This document shows positions 46,899 to 57,908 of a stretch of 64,000 nucleotides of DNA, piece by piece. Position numbers and translations under genes: made by a program. Origin of the DNA: Mayamaea pseudoterrestris (taxonomy: Eukaryota); the NCBI GenBank assembly GCA_027923505.1, contig BROI01000007.1:496001-560000 (forward strand). Direction: 5' to 3'. Numbering within the stretch: the stretch's first letter is position 1; every line of letters begins with the position of its first letter. The notes beneath the pieces are model-generated. The model worked only from the letters and a program-made list of their open reading frames with translations. It was not told the origin of the DNA and searched no databases.

Positions 46899-49800
46899 TT
46901 AGACGGCAATTGGGCCACTTGGGTCTTTGGGATTCTCTTTTCCTCGGTTCACTTGCATTCGCAGATGGCTCAACGTGTCAAGGCAGCCGCTGTCGACACT
47001 ACTGTTGTCAACAACTGATGGCACATGTGGACTAACAGGGCCAGCTGAATAAAGATACGGACCTCCATCCCACTCTTCAGATAACGTGTAGGTGCTTGGA
47101 CAGCTCGAAAGATCGGTCGACTTGGTGTGGGTCTGTAGGAGACCGTCAGTTTGCTCCTTTGAAGGCGCATGTTTCTGTTGATCGCCATTGTTGCGACCAA
47201 ACAAACCGGTAATAAGCTTTGTACCTTTAAATATCTTCCTCTTACCTGGACTGGCTAAATTTTCGTCGTAATCGTCAGTAAAAGCTTGCTCCGTTCGTCC
47301 GCCAAAACTGACGCGTCGATTGTTGACGCTAGGGTGCTTCGAGGCGCCAGACTGTGTTTGCTGAGACATCATCATCTGTGGCATGACCATGTTATTCGGC
47401 GTTTGCAGTGGAGGGCTGCCAGGTAGCACTGGAAGAGACATGGAATGATAAGGTGCCTGCATTGGTATCTGGGTCCAAGGAGGGTAGTGTTGCGACTGAC
47501 CTGGCGGCAACTGGTAGGCGTACATTGGCATTGTCGACGGATATGACGGCAGCTGCATCGAATGGTATTGCTGCATGACTGGCGGTGGGCTTCCTTGCAG
47601 TGGCATTACCTTATGAGATGCTTCGGCCACCTGATCTTGCACTTCATTTGTCTCCTCTTTCCCTGGTGCGCTCGTAAGCATTGCCAAGGCCGATTGAAAC
47701 AGACTAGGCTGCTCATCTTTGATTGCAGTTTCTGCTTTCTCCTCTTTCTTCACCTCTGGCTCTTTAATAATTGCTGGCAAGCTAGACTTATAAATTTGAT
47801 TGTTCACTTCGGATGCATCTTCGGCTTTTGCAGATTCAAACGTCAGTCCAGTGCGCAATCGCTCCCAGGCCTGCTTTGTGCGCTCCTCCCACGTAATTTC
47901 CTTTTCATCCACAGTTGGCTGCTCTGCATCGGCAACCTTAACTGTAGCATCATGGCTGGCTTGCTGAAGCGCCAAGGCTTGCTGTCGGTGCTGCGTCTGA
48001 ATGTGATGCTGCTGCTGCTGTTGCTGCTGCATAGCTAGCTGCTGTTGCTGCTGCATCTGATAGAAAAAAAGCTGCTCATTCGTTGGCGGCGGGTTTGGAT
48101 ACGGATATGACCCACCGTTCCAACTCTGGGGCATTGGCAAAGCTCTTACCGGACCCGCTTGGGCGCGAGCTCCAACATCAGTCCTGTCAAGGCTTCGAGT
48201 TCTTTGCTGTGGATTTTTCGATCTTGAAGGCGATCGAGAGCGTGATTGAGATCGCGATAACTCGGGCTTTTTCGATCTTGAAGGCGATCGAGAGCGTGAT
48301 TGAGATCGCGACAACACGGGCGATCTGGATCGAGAACGTCGGAAAAATGGAAGGGAGAACGCAGATTTCTGTCGTCGTCCTGGTGCCTTTGCCTTTGCGC
48401 TACCAGTGAAGGTACGGCTCGCCTGTTGCTTTTGCACTCTTTCATAATACTGGCGCTGAAGCTGCGCCTGCTGCTGCGCTTGAAGTCGACGATCAACGGC
48501 CGGACTGCGCTGCATATGTATCTGAGGGTTATGCACCGAAGGCCCGTCACTAAAATGATTTACCTGAGGGATCGCTTCCCCAGGCGTACGGTACTGCATG
48601 CTGCAGCAACTGCCTTCGTCTTGCTGTGGTCTCGACGTTGCTTGCGGAAGAAGGTACTGCGCAGGTGTAGATTGCTGACTCGGTGTTCTTTTATAACCGG
48701 CTTCTGGAAGAGCGTCCAGGGATGTGCGAATACGTTCGCGAAGCCTTATATCACTTATATCATCCTGTCGAGCTTGTCCACGCGTTTGGCCCGTTGAAGG
48801 CCGGCTTGCTGCATTTGTTGGTGCTGCAATACGGATTGGATCCTGCATTAAGCTTTTTTCTTCCTCGACCGTGTTCATGAGCCCGCATGCACGCGTCTGT
48901 GGCATCTTGTCGAAATCCTGACGACTTGCCGTTATAAAACTTTGTCGTTCTAACATATCGTCGTAACTGTAGTAGCCTGGTCGCGACATCATTGGGTGAA
49001 TAGCGCCATTTTTAAGTTCCCGCGAAGCCGCGCCACTGCCGAACCCACTTAAGTGCGGCGGTTCCCAGTATGAAGTGTCAATAAATCCCTCTCGATGAGC
49101 GGTGATGTAACTCTGACGTTCCATCTGATCGCTGTTCGCAGACAGCGTGCCATCCATGCCATGGCGGTGGGCCATGATCATGCTATCGCGTTCCATTGCA
49201 TCATCAGGATTTCGGATCAGAGGATGCGTTGGATGCATATAGTTAAAGTTCTCCATTGCCCTCCGCGTTAAAGACCCTTGACGCCCGTTCAAGACCACAA
49301 CTCGCAGCGGATCATCTTGCTCAGCATGTCGACTAGGAGAGTTTGACCGAGCCCGACTTGGTGACTTTGAACGGCTGCCTCTGTTCTTACTACCACCCAT
49401 CGAAGGTAGACTCCAGCGATTTGTCTTATTCACTTCCTTATCGTCCGCGCTTCGGCTTCTCGTGCGATTAATACCCGGTGACGGATCACGTATCTTGTTT
49501 CTGGTAGCAGGAGAAGCAGGGGCATTTGGCATGATTGGCTGGCGATAGTTCCGCGTGACGCATTCATCCGGCATGGCTCGCCGCATAATCTTTTGCTGTC
49601 GGACAGGAATGATCGGAAGACTTTCGTCCCAATCATCAGCCGCACGGATGCTGCGACTCATCTGGTTTGGCTTGCCTTCAGCGCGTATCATTTGGATCGG
49701 ATCCAATGCTTCGTCCTCGTCAAACGAAACCGAAGCGCTTGTACGACGCCCCGGAGACGGAGAGCGCGACTTAGATGCCGTACGCCCACGGCTTGCTGTT

Positions 49801-50747
49801 TGGTTATCGTCCTTAGCACTGTCTTTTTTAGAAAAGACGCGGCGGAAGAAGGATGAACTAACTGAAACGTTCGATGCTCGATCGTCATCCCAGTCTGCGT
49901 CTTGCTCCACTTTCTGGCCCGATTCCTTGGCCTTCTTGCGACGTTGCTTCTCCTGCTTCTCACGAAGCTTTTTCATGCGTTTCTTCAATATGGCTTGATG
50001 CTGCTGTTTATGTCGTTCTTCAATAGCGGCAGTATCCTCATTTTCCTCATCCTCCTCTTCCTCATCGACGAGGGAATTGTCCAAATCGTCATCATAGTCG
50101 TACGACTGCTTGGGACGGTGATACGTCTTGGAAGGACCGTCCCGGTTGGACTTGGCCAACTCCTCCATATGATCCTCATCGTCATTGCAGTTAATCTTGA
50201 CACCACATAGCTGAGGCACGAAAGATTCCTTAGTTCGAGGAGGCGGTGGGGATGGCGGAGCAACCACTTTGCCACTTAGGAGGCTCTTTGGGTTGCCTTC
50301 CTCGTCAAACACAATCTCTTCCGTAAGCTTATTGTTGCGCTTCGACTTGCTCTTCTTCTTCTTGCGGTCGATCTCCTGCTTAGCAATCTTGTTGGATGGC
50401 GAGAAGCATCCTGCTTCAATACCAGCATCCATGCAGACTTGCGTAATGTTGCAGTGAAAGGTCGATGACGCATGATCTTCGTCTTTGACTGGCTCGGCAT
50501 CGTCTTCGTTCTCTTCGGCTGTATCGCTCCATCGCACCGACTTTGACGACTGATCACTTCGATTGCGTCGAAACATTTTAGGTGCGCGAAGGATGCCTCG
50601 CTTCTTTGGCTTGCGAGTCGGCGGAGGAGGCTCATACGTGCAAAACATGCCATTTAAGATCTCTTCCGCCACATCCTCAAGCGTATGGTTGGGCGCTCGA
50701 TCGGCATGGCCGTCCGTCACTCCCTGTGTCAATGTCACTGGAATCAT
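46899..50747 (-). CDS. Large low-complexity hypothetical protein (RS-, Q- and P-rich)
   Basis: Uninterrupted 1282-codon ORF with no recognisable domain. Confidence 0.7.
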   Translation of the reverse strand: MIPVTLTQGVTDGHADRAPNHTLEDVAEEILNGMFCTYEPPPPTRKPKKRGILRAPKMFRRNRSDQSSKSVRWSDTAEENEDDAEPVKDEDHASSTFHCNITQVCMDAGIEAGCFSPSNKIAKQEIDRKKKKSKSKRNNKLTEEIVFDEEGNPKSLLSGKVVAPPSPPPPRTKESFVPQLCGVKINCNDDEDHMEELAKSNRDGPSKTYHRPKQSYDYDDDLDNSLVDEEEEDEENEDTAAIEERHKQQHQAILKKRMKKLREKQEKQRRKKAKESGQKVEQDADWDDDRASNVSVSSSFFRRVFSKKDSAKDDNQTASRGRTASKSRSPSPGRRTSASVSFDEDEALDPIQMIRAEGKPNQMSRSIRAADDWDESLPIIPVRQQKIMRRAMPDECVTRNYRQPIMPNAPASPATRNKIRDPSPGINRTRSRSADDKEVNKTNRWSLPSMGGSKNRGSRSKSPSRARSNSPSRHAEQDDPLRVVVLNGRQGSLTRRAMENFNYMHPTHPLIRNPDDAMERDSMIMAHRHGMDGTLSANSDQMERQSYITAHREGFIDTSYWEPPHLSGFGSGAASRELKNGAIHPMMSRPGYYSYDDMLERQSFITASRQDFDKMPQTRACGLMNTVEEEKSLMQDPIRIAAPTNAASRPSTGQTRGQARQDDISDIRLRERIRTSLDALPEAGYKRTPSQQSTPAQYLLPQATSRPQQDEGSCCSMQYRTPGEAIPQVNHFSDGPSVHNPQIHMQRSPAVDRRLQAQQQAQLQRQYYERVQKQQASRTFTGSAKAKAPGRRQKSAFSLPFFRRSRSRSPVLSRSQSRSRSPSRSKKPELSRSQSRSRSPSRSKNPQQRTRSLDRTDVGARAQAGPVRALPMPQSWNGGSYPYPNPPPTNEQLFFYQMQQQQQLAMQQQQQQQHHIQTQHRQQALALQQASHDATVKVADAEQPTVDEKEITWEERTKQAWERLRTGLTFESAKAEDASEVNNQIYKSSLPAIIKEPEVKKEEKAETAIKDEQPSLFQSALAMLTSAPGKEETNEVQDQVAEASHKVMPLQGSPPPVMQQYHSMQLPSYPSTMPMYAYQLPPGQSQHYPPWTQIPMQAPYHSMSLPVLPGSPPLQTPNNMVMPQMMMSQQTQSGASKHPSVNNRRVSFGGRTEQAFTDDYDENLASPGKRKIFKGTKLITGLFGRNNGDQQKHAPSKEQTDGLLQTHTKSTDLSSCPSTYTLSEEWDGGPYLYSAGPVSPHVPSVVDNSSVDSGCLDTLSHLRMQVNRGKENPKDPSGPIAV
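48214..48311. repeat. Direct repeat with 54-bp period inside the ORF (encodes SRSQSRSRSPSRSK twice)
   Basis: tttttcgatcttgaaggcgatcgagagcgtgattgagatcgcga at 48214 and 48268. Confidence 0.9.
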
Positions 50748-51298
50748 GCTCCTGTCGATTGGTTCGAGGAGGTGCGGACAAAGTTGCTCTCGTAGCGTGG
50801 TACCGCTGCTTCTTTGACTCTAGACGTTGTCGACTTTGCCGCTGGATGCGATCGAATGAAGGCTAAAGATAGCACTTGGAGCACCTTGTTTCGTAAGCTT
50901 GTCGTCGCTGATCAAGTTCTCGCCAATGATGTCGTCTCCAGCTTTGTGGAATGGGCGATGCGGTTGGAAGGTGCGAGCGATTCCGTTTGGCGAAATTGTG
51001 AGGTTGGCGGGAGGTGCGGCTGGCTCGCGCACAAAATTCCGGGTTGCCTGTGTCGCATCACCAATCATCCGGCTTGCGTGCCTCCGCCATCGACAATGAC
51101 GAAACGAGCCGTTCGTCGCATCATTCATCTTTGCATCTATCGTACTCTACCAGCAATTCGCTTAATTTGCCATCAACATTGAGAATTCGATCATTAACTC
51201 AATCATCCAATCCTCACGTGCAGATACTTTACGCTGGCATTGAATATAATAGGAGCAATTAGAGCGTTGAGCAAGCATTCATTTTCACCTACCTCGTC

Positions 51299-54200
51299 AT
51301 GACAGCAAATGGCGAAGCAGTGGCTCCGGAGCAACCAAGGACTCGAACAATACAGCAGTGGAGATGCGATTACTGTCAGCAAAAGGCATTTACTTGTTAT
51401 GAAGCAGCCTGCGCGCATGAAAAAGAATGCCAGAAGCTTCAAGACTCGAAATCAACTGAAGCAAAGTCAAGTAAAAGTAGTAAACAATCATCCGACGAAG
51501 GTGACGATTCACAAGCGCAGCCGCTCAAGCAGCCCGAGAGAGCGATTCAAGTTATTGATATTTTCTCCTCACCCGAAGAAGTTGTTGAAGTTGCAAAAAC
51601 TGATCAGCCGGCACGACGCAGACCTGCAAGACAAGCGACCCTTTTTGCACCCATGGCAGCTCCAGCAGCACCAGTTGCTGACTCCAAAACGACTGCAGCG
51701 ACAAGGATTACAAACAAACAAGTTACCAAAAGGTCGACTGCGAAAGGTAAAGCAGCGAAAGTGCCGCTCATTTTCCAAGGGGTTGACCAGAATCAGCTCA
51801 TGGCGGAGCAAGCCGCAGTGGAGTTTCGAGCCAAGCGTCTCTTGCAGCAGCAAAAAGATCGAGAACGAGCCGAGAAGCGACAAAAGCAGCAGGAAGAACA
51901 AATCATTGCAGCGCCAGTGTCCACGAAAGTGACTTTACGAACGAATGGTCGACCAAAAGCGAAGAGTCAATTTAGTCCGGCACCTCGATTCCCAGTTCCC
52001 TCGCATGTCATTCCGAAGGAACATTCCATGCAATTGAATGCCAAACAGTCCCTCAAGCTGTCATTTATGCAGTCATCTGAGACACAGCCATGGTGGCGTC
52101 GCAAACTATCGTTGGTACCAAAACAGAACCAAATTGTAGAAAAAATATTCTCGCAATCAACCTTATCGCTCTTGCCGCCGAAGGACAGCATATATGCGAA
52201 GCAACCACCGGTAGTCGATTGTCTACAGCTCACACTCAAGTCCACACTCATTCCTCCTACAAGCGTCAAAACCAAGAGCAGAACATGGGCAGACGTTTAC
52301 TTAAATGACAAACTTCTCGTTAATGGCTTTGTTCCTGCTCATTTGAAGGAAATTTCTGACGAAATGATTGCCTTTGTCCAGGGCTGGATGGTGGAACGGC
52401 GTAATGCTCATGATCGCGCGGCAGAGAAGCAACGTAGACTAACGCGAAAGCTGCAATCAACAAAGCAACATCGACTCGCAAAAAAGACCAAGTCATCAAA
52501 ATTGTTCGACGACGACGATTGGTTAGGTTCAGACTGCAGCGACGATGAAGGGGACGGCCTCAAGAATATTTGCCATTTGACGGGGCCTAGTGGGCTCGGC
52601 AAATCAGCACTGGTGTATGCGGTTGCTCGACATTGCGGCTGTCGTGTAATTGAGCTTAATCCGTCGGACAAGCGCAACGCTGCTGCTGTCCGCAAAGTGA
52701 TTGAGGAAGCTACGCAGAGTCATTCGTCAATTGCCTTGCTGCAGAAGCAAGAGAAAGCTGCGCATCAAAGTTCGATATTGGAAGACAGCGACCAGGAAGA
52801 GAATGATGAAGGGAAGGGTTCTGTTCTACCAGTGATTCTGATTGATGAAATCGACAATCTTGACTCGAGTGATGGTGGATTCTGGTCGGCATTGAGCGAC
52901 GTGACGAAGCGAGCCAAGTGTCCAGTCTTCCTTACCAGTAATGTCCAACCAGGAGAGATCAAGATTCTCAACGGCCGATGTGGGGTCTTGCCGTTGCGAC
53001 GTGCCAAGCCAAGCGAGTGTATCGGCTTCATCCGGTCCATTGTTGACGGCGAAGGCTTTGTTTTGCGAAGCGACAATCCACTGGATAGTGAGGAGGCAAT
53101 TTCGCTCATTGCTGACTTATGCAATTCTGATTTGCGTCGTATTGCCCATGAGTTGCAGCTTTTTGCAACACAACCATTATTGCCAACACTTACTAAGGAA
53201 ATGATGCCGAGATTAGCAGAGACTTCACAAACGGCAACCTATGTGACACCGCACCCGCAGATTTTGGCAATCGAACCGCGTGGCGTTCGATTCGATCGCT
53301 ATGAGCTTTTGACAATCACAGGCACAGGCTTCTTGGGCTTGGCGGTGCCACCTAATCATGAGGGCGGCGGATATAAGGTGGACGTTTACATTGGCGATTG
53401 TCCTTGTCCAGTCGCGCGTATCATGAACGATTCTACAATTCTTGCAGTCTCTGCGCCAATCCCTTTGCCGCGGAACTTTCGTCATACCAGCCGCTTCCAT
53501 GACGAAGAATACCAGGCAATCACCATTTCCTCCACCACAAGGCTGGGCGTTGTGTCTAGTACATCACAATGTCCTGCGACGGTCACTCTACCGAATGGAT
53601 TGGCGATTTTGCAATGTAGCGCACCTGTTCTGCTCCATCGACACTTTTCGGACGTCCGGCAATTGGCTAAATGTGACGGTAGCTGCACGTCAGACGGGGA
53701 AATGGAGTTTGACGAGCCAAAACCAACTGCATCGACAACAGTATGCGTTCGGCCAAAGTTTGTTGACATGAGCGAGGCCTCCCGGATATTGACACAGGGA
53801 ATAACGGGATGGGAAGGTCATAAAGCCGACGTTAGTTGCCGTAGTTCTGGTAAATGTTCGCTACCATTTGTGACGGATATGTCACGTTCTGCTGATCTGA
53901 TAAGCGATGCTGCTTTACTTGATGACGTTGCCTTTCTGGGCCAACCTTACCTTTCCGGAGCATGTCGTGGCTTCAGCTACGACCTGACCAACGCCTATCC
54001 AGCCACAGCAAACGAAAGGACGAAACCGTAGGTGTCATTTGATAGTCAATCGATAAAATTCTACGCGTATTCTCACATTTAATGTTGTTTCCTGACAGTC
54101 CCAATTTTGAACGAATGTTGACCTCGGGCTGGAACGATGAGTGCTTCTTTTTTGGATCCAGCGACTGTTACATGGCCTCTACACTAACTACCAGAGACAA

Positions 54201-54864
54201 ACATCTTCTCAAGCTAACAGAATCCGCACTTCGTGGCCAGTCATGTCATACACTCACAGCAAATACTTCAGCATCAGAGGACGACCAATCTGATGACAAA
54301 TTGAAAGAGGAAGATACACTTCATACTCCTTCGGTCGAAGACAGTTTACTCGCAGCTTCGCTACCAGGTAGCTTGTTAGCGCTATCCTTTTATCTGCGAA
54401 ATGCTAGTGAGCTACCATATGACAACCTTACCACTCTCTCGCGCAATGTTCTATTCGACCGCAAAATAGCACACAAGGTCGAGCACGAGGTGGACCTGTT
54501 GGATGAGTTTGTCTTTCCCAGCACCCATCCTGTTACCAATTCACTCTTCTACCGGGGGCTCAGTCGCGAACTTGATTCGCTTCTTTTGTCGAGAGAGCTA
54601 GCCGACCCTCAACTCTTCCAAGTGACTTTACCAATGCTTCGAGTCATGTGTGTTCACGAGACGATCAATAAAATTGTGGCTGACAGCCTCAGATCCGAGG
54701 ATACGCTAGCACACGTGAGTAAACGAAGAACACGCAACTCCAGAGGTGCACAACACTGCTTAGAGCGAATCTCGCCCATGTTTAATAATAACGACGGCGA
54801 TGGCATGACCAGCTGGGACGTTGGAAAGCTACTATCCGACGCATCCCTGTTGCACGTTAGCTAG
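51299..54864 (+). CDS. RFC1-like AAA+ clamp loader/unloader, most like ELG1/ATAD5, 2 exons (intron 54028-54098)
   Basis: W..VY, Walker A GPSGLGKS, VIELNPSDKR, EEATQSH, Walker B ILIDEID, D.GFW.A, K.PV.LTSN, SDLRR. Confidence 0.8.
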
Positions 54865-54924
54865 AATTTAAAACGGAATACATATTAACAGGACCAGATA
54901 GATTATGTAAATTTCCAGCTACAA

Positions 54925-56610
54925 TTATCGATCGCCATAATTTGATGGAATGCCCTGCTGGCCTAGTATCGCTGCCTGGACTTCAGATTCGCCATGCTTG
55001 ACCTGTAAGCCTTTATATTCTCGTTGCTTGAGAAATTGTGCAGCAACGCTTTTATATGCGGTAATTTGGCCTTGTCCGGGTAGCGCTTGTAAATTAATCA
55101 TTTCATCTCCTGTCGATGGCGCTGACTCAAACTTGCCTGTCGCAACATTAAAATAAGGCTCGTCCCTGTCATCATCACGCGACGAGCCCCCAGCGCTGTC
55201 AAGCTTCAAATAATCGTCAACGATTGACAAACAGTCTTCGACACGCATAGAATATGGCTGATCGCCCCAGTTGACAATACCCAATGACATGAGCAGCTCA
55301 AATGGCGTCAAGACAATCGTCGAGAAATCACTCTCATCATCCAACAATGCATGCTCCGGACATGCCAGCAGGACGTAACATTCAATTTCAGCAAAGTTGG
55401 CCAACTTGGCTGGATTAATCTTCCCAACGCAAACCGTGTAAGAGCTTCTCCCACACGCATCAATCACACGCTGCAAACGAGACACGGCCTTTTGCATGCG
55501 AGGATCGGCTAGACTCGCGACGAGCAGACCAAATACAGATACTTGTCGCGCCTTGTTGACCAAGTAGAAACGGCGATTCAATTTGCGGGCAAATGATGGA
55601 TCCAGCGATGTCTCTAGTTGTTTGCGGCTGGGATGGTACGACCAAAACTGCAGTGGCTGAGGAGTACTGGATAACAATTGCATCGCGATGTTAAGAAACT
55701 GTCGACTGTTGGGATCTCCAATGTACAAGACTGTAAATGTGCTCAAGTCCAGTCGAGGTGGAAGCTCCAAGCCTCCCACAAGTAGTACGTCATGATTACA
55801 GTGATCAATTTCACTATCATGCTTTCCCGACATAAGTGGCTCACTCATTGGTTGTTCTTCAATCTTTTCATTTATGTTACTACACGCAGCTCCAGATGAC
55901 GGAGGTGACGTCGAACAACATTCCGCTCTGGAGCAAGCGTCACCCGTCGCTGCTACATGTAGATGCTCTGGTAATTTTGCGTCTCCGGCAATCACCAGCA
56001 GATCTCCTTGCTCCCCTAATCTCGTCTGTAAGTCTTCCATGACATGATGATACGAAGTGTCGTAAAGAAGCAATAATCTTCGAGGAGTGTTCATTTCGGC
56101 TATGAAAGACGTCACCTGCTCCACGCAGTCCTGGACATCAATCTCATAGTTTCCAAAGCAGTAAATTATCTTAGTTTCATCACTTGCTGAGCTTGTCTTT
56201 GTGATTGCCTGGCGACTCAAGCAGGCATGTCCAAAATGAACTAAAAGGCTAGCCTGCAAATGCTGGGCAGCAATGGTATCGGGGCAGCATGGCGCAAAAG
56301 TTGTATCTCCCAAGACAAAGACGAGCGAGTCTGGCAGCGCGTCTTGCAGAAACTGACACACATCGGGTGCGTCCTGCAGTAGTTCATCGGGAAACTGAAG
56401 AGCAATGGATGTGTAGCTCTCTTTGCTTTTGTTTGAAGCCGAGGGTGCAAGACTTGCCACGAGCGAGTCGAGTTGATAAAAATCCAGTAGCGAAGCCTCG
56501 CCTCGTGGACATTCTGGAAGATCATCAGTCTCGCCCGCTTGTTCGCGAATCACACGAGACCCATCATCAAAAATGAGCTGCGGAGCCGATGATCGATTGG
56601 ACGAAGACAT
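54925..56610 (-). CDS. DPH2: Diphthamide biosynthesis protein 2
   Basis: IALQFPDELL, LGDT...CC.D..AAQH, HFGHACLS, RRFYLV.KAR, VGKINPAKLANF, ACPE, R.YKGL, G..GI...Y. Confidence 0.95.
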   Translation of the reverse strand: MSSSNRSSAPQLIFDDGSRVIREQAGETDDLPECPRGEASLLDFYQLDSLVASLAPSASNKSKESYTSIALQFPDELLQDAPDVCQFLQDALPDSLVFVLGDTTFAPCCPDTIAAQHLQASLLVHFGHACLSRQAITKTSSASDETKIIYCFGNYEIDVQDCVEQVTSFIAEMNTPRRLLLLYDTSYHHVMEDLQTRLGEQGDLLVIAGDAKLPEHLHVAATGDACSRAECCSTSPPSSGAACSNINEKIEEQPMSEPLMSGKHDSEIDHCNHDVLLVGGLELPPRLDLSTFTVLYIGDPNSRQFLNIAMQLLSSTPQPLQFWSYHPSRKQLETSLDPSFARKLNRRFYLVNKARQVSVFGLLVASLADPRMQKAVSRLQRVIDACGRSSYTVCVGKINPAKLANFAEIECYVLLACPEHALLDDESDFSTIVLTPFELLMSLGIVNWGDQPYSMRVEDCLSIVDDYLKLDSAGGSSRDDDRDEPYFNVATGKFESAPSTGDEMINLQALPGQGQITAYKSVAAQFLKQREYKGLQVKHGESEVQAAILGQQGIPSNYGDR

Positions 56611-56867
56611 GGTCGTCGACGAGGAATTTGTGACGAGATGGATGGAGCCGCCCGAAGAATATAGAGTCGCACCGGTTCAGCTGTAGTGCCGGTCCGACTC
56701 ACGAGTTGTTTTGGCGGCATGTTATATCATACGTAGTACTCGAGTACAGCAGAGCCGATAAGTAGCATCTCATGTTATTGCAAACGAAGGTTAATGTTTT
56801 TAAAGATGTATAGTAATACATACTATCGGTGCAGGTGCAGGATCATATCATAGGCAGCTACAATTTA

Positions 56868-57532
56868 CTACTCAGCGTCAAGTCGATGGATCGTACTCTC
56901 CGCATCCTTGAGGTTTGTGTCAGATGGTGCAGCGTCAACTTTATTTCCATTTATCAATGCAGCACCATCACTAGTTACATTCAGCTGCATGGGAGTATAC
57001 TCAAATTCGTCCTGCTGTTCATTATCCGAGTCATCTCCGCTCGCTACACTTCCAGTTGCAATACCAAGTTTTGTCAAGTTTTGCTTACGCTTCTTGGCTT
57101 CCTTTTGTTTCTGTCGCTTCTTTCGTCGCTTATTGGTTCGTTCCTCGGCTTGCGCTTGGTTCAATTCGAGCTGACGTTGAAACTCTAAATCGGCCTGCTG
57201 CTCAGCGTCTTGCTCGTCCAGCTGCTTTAAACGATCCATCTCTCGAGCCCGTGCATGGCGATAAGTATGAAACTCACCAGATCCTGCGCCGGCAGTAGAA
57301 CCATAAGGATTGATAATCTTCTCTGGGCGGACTGTCGCGGAGATTGCGAACGCAGCAATGTGAGCGATTGATGGGAGACGGGATGACACAAACATTTTGC
57401 TGTCTACACTTCGTTTAACTCACCTGTACCACCCTTGGCAGCATCGGAAGATCCTTTCGCTTGATCATAGCTTACAGTTCGTACGTTGGACTGGTTGTCC
57501 GCATATGCTTGGACGGAGGAATAGCGGCCCAT
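56868..57532 (-). CDS. PRKRIP1: PRKR-interacting protein 1-like (DUF1168), 2 exons (intron 57332-57423)
   Basis: PEKI.NPYGSTAGAGSGEFHTYRHARAREMDR and T.KRRKKRQK.K. Confidence 0.9.
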
Positions 57533-57908
57533 GGTGACTTCTGTGAGAAAAGTGTGCGTCGTTCTGTGGGAATTTGTTGATTGTCGCACCACGATCGTTG
57601 CGACACGTTGCTGCCGCGCCGACGCGCCATTCGTCGACACTAGCCAAAAGTGTACACTGAGAATGACTCTTGAGTACCACTCGAAACTTTAGTCTTTAAG
57701 TAACGTTGTCGAAAGGAAGACCCCGTTTCCGTTGGCGCTTGAAATGAATGTCGAGGCACGTCCGAAAATCTCGAATACAAAAAGGCCGGTGAATGAGCAA
57801 GCACATCATGACCCCTCCGGCTTGGTTTTGGAACGATTGCGTCCTTCCGAGAGCGAACAAAAGCGACCAACCAGCAACAGGAGCCTAACACGTAGCAATC
57901 AATTATTT

